Shown here: in pieces, positions 8,752-16,613 of the stretch
Layout: each line of letters opens with the position of its first letter
Position numbering within the stretch: position 1 is the stretch's first letter
Origin: a bacterium
Lineage (GTDB): Bacteria > UBP7 > UBA6624 > JBBIMK01
Length of the DNA: 32,000 nt
Assembly: GCA_037444445.1 (NCBI GenBank)
Contig: JBBIMK010000001.1
Coordinates: 180,001-212,000 of the forward strand
Reading direction: 5' to 3'
The notes under the pieces: model-generated
Database searches by the model: none
What the model was told of the DNA's origin: nothing
The model's input: the letters and a program-made list of their open reading frames with translations, nothing else
Program-made: the position numbers and the translations under genes

Positions 8752-9585
8752 TTGGGAATTTCTTTTTTAACATCCGAACATCTTCAAAATCTGTGCAAAG
8801 ATATAGACCTGCTTCTGGAAGTTCTGGATGCTCGGGCTCCGCTATCCACACGAGGAGAAGAAATGAACGGGAAAACCCTTCGGGGCCGTCCTCGGATTGT
8901 GGTTCTAACCAAATCAGACCTGGCATTGGAACCCCTTACTGCAGAATGGAAACAGTATTTCCTCCAGCGGGAGAATCTTCTCGCCGTTCCTTTCACGAAA
9001 CACGAATCAGGATTCGCTCAAATGCTGAAGCACCAGATGGATGCCTGGAGAAACCGGCGAAAGCCGCACCGACGGATTCGGGTTATGGGCGTAGGAGTTC
9101 CCAATGTGGGAAAATCTTCTCTGGTGAATTCTCTGGTGGGGCAGCATAAAGCCCGTGTGGGGGATGAACCTGGAATCACTCGCGGAACCCAATGGATTCG
9201 TCTAAGCCCGTATGTGTTATTTTTAGATACCCCCGGAATGCTGAGTGTTCAGATGCGTTCTCCAGAGAAATTGTACATCCTGTCCTGTCTGGGGTGCTTG
9301 CCCCAGGGGTCTTATGACCCCGTGAATGCAGCAGAATGGCTTCTGGGCATTTTACAGAAACTGGATGATTGGAGTGAGATTGCTGGTTTACTCCGCATTC
9401 AACACCCCGAACAAGAACCTGCTGTAATGCTGAATGAAATGGCTGTGGGATTTGGGTTTTTCCAATCCGGCAAAGAGCCAGACCTTCACCGCACGGCGGA
9501 GCACCTTTTATATCAGTTTAAAAAGGGACGACTGGGAAGATTTTCTCTGGAAACGCCTCCCCCACTGCTCACCCGTGAATCATGA
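8752..9585 (+). CDS. rbgA: Circularly permuted ribosome-biogenesis GTPase, YlqF/RbgA-like
   Basis: 277 aa. The motif order is G4-G1-G3: LTKSDL (TKxD variant of NKxD), then VPNVGKSSLVN, PGITRG and LDTPG. The C-terminal KKGRLGRFSLE resembles the RbgA tail. It has a TTG start. The N-terminal WFPGHM block of B. subtilis RbgA is not conserved (SFLTSEHL). Confidence 0.8.
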   Translation: MGISFLTSEHLQNLCKDIDLLLEVLDARAPLSTRGEEMNGKTLRGRPRIVVLTKSDLALEPLTAEWKQYFLQRENLLAVPFTKHESGFAQMLKHQMDAWRNRRKPHRRIRVMGVGVPNVGKSSLVNSLVGQHKARVGDEPGITRGTQWIRLSPYVLFLDTPGMLSVQMRSPEKLYILSCLGCLPQGSYDPVNAAEWLLGILQKLDDWSEIAGLLRIQHPEQEPAVMLNEMAVGFGFFQSGKEPDLHRTAEHLLYQFKKGRLGRFSLETPPPLLTRES

Positions 9586-10193
9586 ACAGGGTATTAAAAC
9601 AGGGTTCTACCGGCGCAGGCGGAATAGACGAAGTGGGCAGAGGAGCTCTGGCAGGGCCCGTCGTGGCAGCGGCAGTGGTTCTATCCCCGCCCATTCTCCC
9701 GGAAGTAAAAGATTCCAAACTTTTGACTCGTTCTCAGAGGAATTCCCTGATACGCCTCATCCTGGGGCGGATTATGGCTCTGGGTATTGGGGTGGTAGGA
9801 GAGGATTATATCCTCCAGTGGAATATCCGTAACGCTACAAGAAAAGCCATGGAAATTGCTATCCATAACCTCGGGCAATTCCCGGATGTAGTCATTGTGG
9901 ATGGTCCCATGGATTTCCAGGAGCTTCCTGTGAAGGTTCTGTGTGTGAATGGCGCAGATAGAAAGGTATACTGCGTCGCAGCGGCATCCATTATAGCCAA
10001 AGTGATTCGGGATGGGTTTATGCAAGATTACCAGGTTTTATATCCGGAGTACCATTTCTCCATCCACTGCGGTTACGGCACCCAAACACATCGGAAAATT
10101 ATTGAAAAAAGAGGCTTGACTCCTGTGCATCGGATGGGGTTCAGGCCTGTGGCAGAATCGCTTTTTTTTCATGGGGCAGGGAACCGCATTTAA
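9582..10193 (+). CDS. rnhB: Ribonuclease HII
   Basis: 203 aa with GIDEVGRGALAGPVVAAAVVL, DSKLL, DG and IIAKVIRD blocks. It has an ATGA overlap with the upstream GTPase gene. Confidence 0.95.
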   Translation: MNRVLKQGSTGAGGIDEVGRGALAGPVVAAAVVLSPPILPEVKDSKLLTRSQRNSLIRLILGRIMALGIGVVGEDYILQWNIRNATRKAMEIAIHNLGQFPDVVIVDGPMDFQELPVKVLCVNGADRKVYCVAAASIIAKVIRDGFMQDYQVLYPEYHFSIHCGYGTQTHRKIIEKRGLTPVHRMGFRPVAESLFFHGAGNRI

Positions 10194-11076
10194 TGGTTTA
10201 ACCGGCCTCCAGGGGCTTCCATTTGAACCTGGAATGCGTCTCCGATTGGAAGCGAATGGCACTCCGCAAGCCATCTGGGTTCCTTTCACACCACCCCAGG
10301 TGAGTGCTCCCTCCCTGTATGTTTCCACCACTATAGGAAGTCTGCAGTCCTCCGACGGGCGAAAGGGGAAACACATTATTGTTCCCGTGCTGGGTGGAGG
10401 TGCTTTATTTTATGTATCTTCCACAACGCATGGCAAGGGAACCCTGACGGTGCGGTTTGGAGAGAAAATCATTGGAGAGGCTTACCTGAGTTATGAACCT
10501 TCCACGAAATCTCTGGTGAAGCGCCTGCTGAAGTCTGTGATTTTTATCATCGTCGCCGTGGTCGTTCTGCGCACCTGGGTGATAGAAGGTGTGGTGACTC
10601 CGTCAGAAATGGAAGAAAGCTCTATGGCGCCGGTGATTGAAAAGGGCGAGCGGATGTTCGTGCTACGCTTTATGTACAAACTGCGTCGCCCTTTCCGGGG
10701 CGAAATCGTCGTATTCTGGCACACCATGGAAAATGGCAAAAAAATTCAATATATTAAGCGTGTTATCGGGCTTCCGGGAGATGAAATCGCCATCCGGCAA
10801 GGAGTCATTCTTTTGAACGGGATTCAACTGGAGGAGCCTTATGCTACCGGGCGAGTGGAGGAAATTGACATTCCCCCCACCCTCGTCCCGCCCAACCGCT
10901 ATTTTGTTCTGGGAGATAACCGCGCCTACAGCGAAGATAGTGAATACTGGCTGATGGAAGGCAGAGAGGATGATGCCTTCGTTCCCCACAGAGAACTGGT
11001 GGGAAAACCTTTTGTGATTTATTGGCCACCTAACCGCTTGCAATTCCTTTTTTCGTATAAAATTAAAGTTAAGTAG
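10171..11076 (+). CDS. Signal peptidase I paralog with a ~118-aa N-terminal extension and an atypical box E
   Basis: 301 aa. Motifs: Ser box ESSMAPVIEKGER, Lys box [13 protein letters not shown], box E GDNRAYSEDSEYW (Glu where Arg is usual). The TM is VIFIIVAVVVLRTWVI. The start overlaps rnhB by 23 nt. No clear SD is visible, so the exact start is uncertain. Confidence 0.78.
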   Translation: MGQGTAFNGLTGLQGLPFEPGMRLRLEANGTPQAIWVPFTPPQVSAPSLYVSTTIGSLQSSDGRKGKHIIVPVLGGGALFYVSSTTHGKGTLTVRFGEKIIGEAYLSYEPSTKSLVKRLLKSVIFIIVAVVVLRTWVIEGVVTPSEMEESSMAPVIEKGERMFVLRFMYKLRRPFRGEIVVFWHTMENGKKIQYIKRVIGLPGDEIAIRQGVILLNGIQLEEPYATGRVEEIDIPPTLVPPNRYFVLGDNRAYSEDSEYWLMEGREDDAFVPHRELVGKPFVIYWPPNRLQFLFSYKIKVK

Positions 11077-11079
11077 ACG

Positions 11080-11424
11080 ATGAAAAACGAATTGGGGAAA
11101 AGAGGAGAAACGATTGCAGCAACTCTGCTCCAGAGTAAAGGATATAAACTGGTGGATAAGAAATTTTATATTCCGGCTATGGGCGAAATAGATTTCATAT
11201 GCGAGAATAGAGACGCATTGATTTTTGTAGAGGTAAAGTTGAGAAGGAAAGGAAAACCAGAAGAGGGTGTGGATGAGGTGAAAATACGGAAGTTGAAGAA
11301 AATGGCAGAAGTCTATCTGAACCGACACCCGACAAGGAAAGAGGTCAGATTTGATGTGGTAGCAATTTTACTGAATGAAGCCGGGCTGGTGGAAAAAATT
11401 CGTCATATTCCGGAGGCGTTTTGA
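11080..11424 (+). CDS. yraN: YraN-family (UPF0102) endonuclease-fold protein
   Basis: 114 aa with GERGETIAATLLQSKGYKLV, GEIDFICENRDALIFVEVKLRR and RFDVVAI. This is a PD-(D/E)xK-like pattern characteristic of YraN. Confidence 0.85.
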   Translation: MKNELGKRGETIAATLLQSKGYKLVDKKFYIPAMGEIDFICENRDALIFVEVKLRRKGKPEEGVDEVKIRKLKKMAEVYLNRHPTRKEVRFDVVAILLNEAGLVEKIRHIPEAF

Positions 11425-11428
11425 AATC

Positions 11429-12955
11429 ATGCCATCCAAAATCTTGAGTGGTGCGTTGCAAGGGATTGATGGGTTTCCAGTGGAAGTGGAGGTGGACATT
11501 GGGCCCGGGGTTCCTCGTTTTTTTATCGTGGGCTTACCGGATACTTCCGTCAGTGAATCGCGAGAAAGAGTCAAAGCCGCATTACGGAATTCGGGATTCA
11601 GTTTACCCGGGCGTAAGATAGTTGTCAATCTTGCACCGGCGGCGATACGGAAAGAAGGCGCAGCATTTGACCTGCCGATTGCCCTCGGAATCCTAATGGA
11701 GGAAGGGAAAATCCCCCGGGAATCTTCCCGGAACACGCTGATCGTGGGTGAACTTTCCCTGGAAGGCACCATACGCCCGGTTCCCGGCGTGTTAGGTATA
11801 GCGCTGCGAGCCAGAGATGAAAATCTCAAAGCCATCGTAGTGCCCAGGGGAAATGAAATGGAAGCGGGGCTGGTAGAGGGTCTGGAGGTATTTCCCGCCG
11901 CTACATTGCTGGAAGCCATCCGTGCTATGAACCACGAAACACCCCCTTATCAGACTCAACGCCCTCTTTCTTTTTCACCCCAGTATGAGGTGGATTTCTC
12001 CGACATCAAAGGGTTAGAAGGTCCGAAACGAGCGGTGGAAATTGCAGCCGCCGGTGGACATAACATGCTGATGATAGGTCCTCCGGGGGCTGGAAAAACA
12101 ATGCTGGCACAGCGGTTGCCGACTATTCTTCCCCCGCTGGAAATGAAGGAAGCGATAGAGGTGACGAAAATCTATAGCGCAGCGGGTCTGTTGCCCTCCC
12201 ACCGCCCGTTAATCCTGGAGAGGCCCTTCCGCTTCCCGCACCATACCATCTCTCCCGCAGGCATGGCAGGTGGTGGCACAGGCATGTTTCCCCGACCGGG
12301 TGAAATCAGCCTGTCTCACCAGGGAGTGCTCTTTATGGACGAGTTTCCTCTGTTTCGGCGAGATGTGTTGAACTTGCTTCGTGGGCCTATGGAAGATGGT
12401 TTTGTCATGCTCTCCCGGGCGGCAGGTAGTGTGACCTATCCTGCTTCGTTTCAACTGGTAGCGGCTATGAATCCGTGCCCATGTGGTTTTTTAGGCGACC
12501 CGGAAAAAGAGTGTCAGTGCTCCAGCGGGCAAATCCAAAAATACCGGGGAAAAATCTCTGGACCCCTTCGGGACCGCCTGGATGTGACTATTGAAGTTCC
12601 CCGCATCGACCTGAAAGAATTAAAACGAGAAAATGGTGAAACCTCAGAAAGCATCCGCAAGCGTGTGGAAGAAGCACAACAAATTCAAAGAACTCGTTAT
12701 CAGGGGCTGCCTTTCCAGTCAAACCATCGCCTGCCTTCTCGTTTACTGAAGAAGTATTGCACCCTACCCGAAGAGGCGGAAAATCTCTTAAATCAGGCAG
12801 CGAAGCGTTACTCCCTGAGCCCCCGGGGCATCGTTCGGATTCTGCGTGTCTCCCGAACCATCGCTGATATGGAAAAAAGGGAGAAAATTACTACAAGTGA
12901 TGTGGCAGAAGCGATACAATATAGAGGAGAGGGATTGATGTGGGTGCTGGAATAA
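11429..12955 (+). CDS. comM: ComM/YifB Mg-chelatase-like AAA+ ATPase (competence-associated helicase family)
   Basis: The family-typical N-terminus MPSKILSGALQGIDGFPVEVEVDI starts at ATG 11429, so the track start at 11375 was trimmed. It has a Lon-like N-domain, Walker A MIGPPGAGKTMLA, Walker B VLFMDEFPLF, the Cys cluster NPCPCGFLGDPEKECQCS, and a C-terminal LSPRGIVRILRVSRTIADME. Confidence 0.9.
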   Translation: MPSKILSGALQGIDGFPVEVEVDIGPGVPRFFIVGLPDTSVSESRERVKAALRNSGFSLPGRKIVVNLAPAAIRKEGAAFDLPIALGILMEEGKIPRESSRNTLIVGELSLEGTIRPVPGVLGIALRARDENLKAIVVPRGNEMEAGLVEGLEVFPAATLLEAIRAMNHETPPYQTQRPLSFSPQYEVDFSDIKGLEGPKRAVEIAAAGGHNMLMIGPPGAGKTMLAQRLPTILPPLEMKEAIEVTKIYSAAGLLPSHRPLILERPFRFPHHTISPAGMAGGGTGMFPRPGEISLSHQGVLFMDEFPLFRRDVLNLLRGPMEDGFVMLSRAAGSVTYPASFQLVAAMNPCPCGFLGDPEKECQCSSGQIQKYRGKISGPLRDRLDVTIEVPRIDLKELKRENGETSESIRKRVEEAQQIQRTRYQGLPFQSNHRLPSRLLKKYCTLPEEAENLLNQAAKRYSLSPRGIVRILRVSRTIADMEKREKITTSDVAEAIQYRGEGLMWVLE

Positions 12956-13917
12956 AAGAAGTGCTGGCAATGCTATCGGAGTTCCTGAAGAAAGAGGGAG
13001 GGAATTTTGCCCCTGCTCATGAACCCGATGAGGCATTCTACACCCCACGACAGTATGATTATCGCTCCACCACCCGCTGTTTGGAGGAAGAAAATTCATC
13101 CGTTCCCCGCCTCGGAATCCCCATTCGCCTATTTAATGACGGCATACAAAAAACTTTTTTAGTGGGCTACCTGGTGCGAGAACCTTACCATTTGACGGTT
13201 CACTTCTCTGCGGTAGCCTCTATTATCCTGAAAATGCAGAACGGCAATTTTAGCCTGTGGGACGAACCCCGAATCGTTACCTCTATCCTTGTGCCCATGG
13301 AATTGTACGGAGAGTCACTACCGCCACCTTTCGTGGACACCGGCGCCCAACATCCCTATTTTGAAGAACTTCGGATGAGGGCAGTGGAAACTTCTCGGCA
13401 CCTGCGGCAGCAACTGGAGAAAGAACACTTGAGGGAATGGACGAAAACGGCTACGCCATCGGAGTATATCGCAGTAGACGGGACCCTACGCCACCTGCAT
13501 GGTTTGGCTTTTAAGAATCAGGTAATCGGGCTGTCTAAGTCCTTTCACCCGTTCTTCTTTGATGCCGCAACCCAGCAAAAGGCTATGCAAATCCGCGAAG
13601 GTGAACGCTCGTTTGCTTTTTCTTTCGCCGACGAATCAGGTGAAACTTATTCCTCCTGGTTCCTCCGATTACGAAACCCGGAGGGCAAAGGCCCGGAATT
13701 CGGATTACTCAGAATAGAATCGGGAGAACCGGACCCGGCTGTGGATTTTATCCAACAAATTTCTTCTACCATTTTCCATTTCCGTTACCCGGTAGCCTAC
13801 CCGTATCCACGATGGGACCGCCTGCTCTACCCCATCCGTCTTTGCACGGAAACGCTAAACAATTTCCTTCCGGGAGCGAAAACGATACAATATTATTTTG
13901 GATGGAGCGTGAGATAA
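12940..13917 (+). CDS. nurA: NurA-like nuclease (RNase-H-like fold predicted from motifs only)
   Basis: 325 aa. GTG 12940 is preceded by AGGAGAGGG. The spacing of acidic motifs resembles NurA: LFNDGIQ (D67), RMRAVETSRH (E150) and YIAVDGTLRH (D180). VIGLSKSF, GLLRIE and a C-terminal AYPYPRWDRLLYPIRL follow. It lies immediately upstream of a HerA-like ATPase, which is the classic NurA-HerA arrangement. Confidence 0.55.
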   Translation: MGAGIKEVLAMLSEFLKKEGGNFAPAHEPDEAFYTPRQYDYRSTTRCLEEENSSVPRLGIPIRLFNDGIQKTFLVGYLVREPYHLTVHFSAVASIILKMQNGNFSLWDEPRIVTSILVPMELYGESLPPPFVDTGAQHPYFEELRMRAVETSRHLRQQLEKEHLREWTKTATPSEYIAVDGTLRHLHGLAFKNQVIGLSKSFHPFFFDAATQQKAMQIREGERSFAFSFADESGETYSSWFLRLRNPEGKGPEFGLLRIESGEPDPAVDFIQQISSTIFHFRYPVAYPYPRWDRLLYPIRLCTETLNNFLPGAKTIQYYFGWSVR

Positions 13918-13918
13918 C

Positions 13919-15712
13919 ATGATACAGTTAAAAGAAGCCGTTGTGGCGCAGGAAAAATACCTTTCCTATTTGAACCAGGAGTATGGTATCATCGGTAAAG
14001 TAGCCTCTACGGAAAAAAAGCCGAATACCTCGTCGGAGTTTCATTTCTGGGTGGCCAGGAATGTCACCTCTCTGGAACTCGGAAATATCGTAGGGGTATT
14101 AAAAAATGATGGGGAAATTACATTCGGAATCGTCGTGGAAATGGAAACGACGATGGATATTCCCACCTTCCTTGCCGATTTTATTTCTCATAATTTTGGA
14201 GAGCCTTCCCTGGAGCCACCAGTGGAAATCTCTAATGTGACGGTAAGCAAAGCCATCGTGATTTCTTCTACGGATAAACTGGCAAAACCTGTCATCCAGG
14301 GGCAGGTCTACTATGCCTCCCAGGCCGGTATTCAATTTGCTTTTGGAATGGAAGAATACCTGTTGAAAGGAAAAGGAATCCCTATTGGAGTATTGAGAAA
14401 CGGCGATGGTGCGTTGACGCCCGTGGCATTGGATGAGGACTTTTTGCTGGGTCCTGAGGGCGCTCACTTTAACATTTCGGGAATCTCCGGATTGGCCACA
14501 AAAACCTCCCTGGTGGAATTCATGCTGAAATCCATTCAGACCTATTTTCTAAAAAAGCCTGAGGAATTGAGGAGACGAATTGGGATTGTCATCTTCAATG
14601 TCAAGGGAAAAGACCTTTTATATTTTGACAAGCCCAATCCGGATTTATTACAGAACACTCCGATGGCAACCTGGTATCGTGAAATTTACAAATATCTGGA
14701 GATTTCACCTGAACCATTTGATAGGGTTCGGATATTCGCCCCTTATGATATGAAGAATCCGTCGGGCGTGAATTCCCTTCGGCAGGATGGAAAAGTAGAG
14801 TATTTCTTACTGGACCTGGAGCATTTGCGTCCCTACATTCCCTCCTTATTTGAGCGGGATTTATGGGATGAGGCTGTGGATGCTGCATGGGAGGACATGC
14901 AAGATTTAATTGACAAAATCCCAATCACGAACTACCCGGACCTGGTGGACTTCTTGAAAGAGGAACGGCGGGTGATGCGAGAGCGGGCGGACTGGCACGG
15001 GCATTCGCGGGCGACCTTTTATAAACTCGTTCAGAACCTTGTATCCCTGCCAGAGGTGTATGAAGGGCTGGTTCTAAAGCGGGAGCATCGGGATGAGCCG
15101 AAGGATATTCCTATGGAAGAACTCAGCACGGGCGACCTTTATATTGTGGACATCCAGGCATTAAATGAGCGGGGTCAAAAGATGGTGTTTGAGCGAACTC
15201 TTCGGCGTCTGCAAAGACTGGTAGAAATCAAACGAGTCGGTGTGGGGCTGGACAATGTCATTATTTTTGTGGACGAGTTAAATAAATTTGCTCCCAAAAA
15301 AGAGGAAGTTCGCTCCACCCTAAAATCGGCCATCATAGATGCTACCGCCCGAGGGCGTAGTATGGGGCTGATTTTCTTCGGTGCCCAGCAGTTCGCCTCT
15401 GAAACAGATAAACAAGTGGTGGATAACTGCTCCACCATCTGCTACGGCCGAAGCGGCCACACGGAAATTGGTCAGCCTATGTATGACTGGATTAGCCCGG
15501 AAGTGAAAGCCAAACTGGTGACCCTTCCCAAAGGCACTTTGCTGTTGAAACACGCCAAATTCTCCCAGCCTATCTTTATGCAATTCCCCTACCCTCCCTG
15601 CATTCCGGGTGACCTCTATCTTGCCACAGAGGAAGAGTTAGAACGAGGGCGTAAGCGAAAACCAAAAGAGGCAGAATGGCAAAAAGAAGGCAAAATCAAG
15701 TTCAACTTCTGA
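13919..15712 (+). CDS. herA: HerA-like HAS-barrel / FtsK-type P-loop ATPase
   Basis: 597 aa. The N-terminal HAS-barrel pattern is FHFWVARNVTSLELGNIVGVLKNDGEITFGIVVEME. The P-loop region is HFNISGISGLATKTS (deviant). Walker B is VIIFVDELNKFAP. The Arg-finger/sensor block is ARGRSMGLIFFGAQQFASETDKQVVDNCSTICYGR. The ATG lies 1 nt after the upstream stop, with a GGAGCGTGAG SD. Confidence 0.78.
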   Translation: MIQLKEAVVAQEKYLSYLNQEYGIIGKVASTEKKPNTSSEFHFWVARNVTSLELGNIVGVLKNDGEITFGIVVEMETTMDIPTFLADFISHNFGEPSLEPPVEISNVTVSKAIVISSTDKLAKPVIQGQVYYASQAGIQFAFGMEEYLLKGKGIPIGVLRNGDGALTPVALDEDFLLGPEGAHFNISGISGLATKTSLVEFMLKSIQTYFLKKPEELRRRIGIVIFNVKGKDLLYFDKPNPDLLQNTPMATWYREIYKYLEISPEPFDRVRIFAPYDMKNPSGVNSLRQDGKVEYFLLDLEHLRPYIPSLFERDLWDEAVDAAWEDMQDLIDKIPITNYPDLVDFLKEERRVMRERADWHGHSRATFYKLVQNLVSLPEVYEGLVLKREHRDEPKDIPMEELSTGDLYIVDIQALNERGQKMVFERTLRRLQRLVEIKRVGVGLDNVIIFVDELNKFAPKKEEVRSTLKSAIIDATARGRSMGLIFFGAQQFASETDKQVVDNCSTICYGRSGHTEIGQPMYDWISPEVKAKLVTLPKGTLLLKHAKFSQPIFMQFPYPPCIPGDLYLATEEELERGRKRKPKEAEWQKEGKIKFNF

Positions 15713-15725
15713 AGGTTACTCAGCC

Positions 15726-16508
15726 GTGAACGAGTACTTCTCTCTCACCGAAGAAAATGGGGTTGCCCTCATCACTCTGAAGCGTGCAGGAGACCCTTAC
15801 AACACGTTAAATAGAGCCTTCGGGAAAGCACTGAAAAAAACCTTTGAGGAACTGGATGAATCCCCCACGGTGAAAGTATTAATCATCACTGGAACGGGGA
15901 GAGTGTTCTGCACAGGTGCGGACATCTTACAGGAATTCTCAAAACTTTCCGCCGAAGAAGCCCGGCGGCTTTCCGCAGAAGGCAGTGATACATTCACCTT
16001 TATTGAGCGGATGAAGATTCCAGTAATTGCGGCCATCAACGGATTTTGCCTTGGTGGAGGGCTGGAACTGGCGCTGTGTTGCGACTACCGAATTGCTTCC
16101 AATAAAGCAGTTCTGGGGCAACCCGAAATCAACCTGGGGCTGATTCCAGGCTGGGGCGGCAGTCAGCGACTCCCCAGAACCATCGGAAGAAGTCAGGCTC
16201 TCCGCCTGATTCTTGCCGGCGAAACCATACGAGCAGAGGAAGCCTTGAAATTAGGCCTCGTAGATGAAGTGATTCCTCATGAAAAACTGATGGATAGAGT
16301 CAGAGACTTTGCATATACTACCAGCAAAAAAAGTAAAGCCGCTATTCGTCTGGCAAAGATGGCAGTAAATCAGGGATTACATCTTCCCCTCTGGTACGGC
16401 CTGGTGCTGGAAAATGAACTCTTCGGTCGGGCCTGGGAATCGGAAGACCGCGTGGAGGGGGTAAACGCATTTATTGAAAAGCGTAAACCCCGTTTCAAAG
16501 ACCGGTGA
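15726..16508 (+). CDS. Enoyl-CoA hydratase/isomerase (crotonase family)
   Basis: 260 aa with VLIITGTGRVFCTGADI, IAAINGFCLGGGLELALCCDYRIA, GQPEINLGLIPGWGGSQRLPR and EGVNAFIEKRKPRF. It has a GTG start. Confidence 0.9.
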   Translation: MNEYFSLTEENGVALITLKRAGDPYNTLNRAFGKALKKTFEELDESPTVKVLIITGTGRVFCTGADILQEFSKLSAEEARRLSAEGSDTFTFIERMKIPVIAAINGFCLGGGLELALCCDYRIASNKAVLGQPEINLGLIPGWGGSQRLPRTIGRSQALRLILAGETIRAEEALKLGLVDEVIPHEKLMDRVRDFAYTTSKKSKAAIRLAKMAVNQGLHLPLWYGLVLENELFGRAWESEDRVEGVNAFIEKRKPRFKDR

Positions 16509-16613
16509 GCCGAATCTTTTCCTGGACGATGCTCCTCTTCTTCTTCATTGTATTATGGATAGAAATTTCCTTTCCTTATCTCCTTACCCGATATCTCTTT
16601 ATCTACGGAGTGT

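Noticed and set aside
10663-11328. 221-aa minus-strand ORF spanning the lepB paralog / yraN junction
   Set aside because: It lies antisense to two well-supported genes with clear family motifs. The product is Phe/Leu/Ser-rich with no recognisable domain and no SD. It is a typical shadow ORF opposite a purine-rich coding strand.
11368-11919. 183-aa minus-strand ORF antisense to the 5' part of comM
   Set aside because: The translation is low-complexity and Ser/Pro/Arg-rich with no motifs. It lies fully inside a confidently identified comM frame.
16509-16613. Possible T-box or other leader upstream of metG, and SAM-related riboswitches near ahcY
   Set aside because: The metG spacer is only 105 nt, much shorter than a T-box leader, and shows no specifier/antiterminator-like architecture. 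ahcY has just a 3-nt upstream gap.
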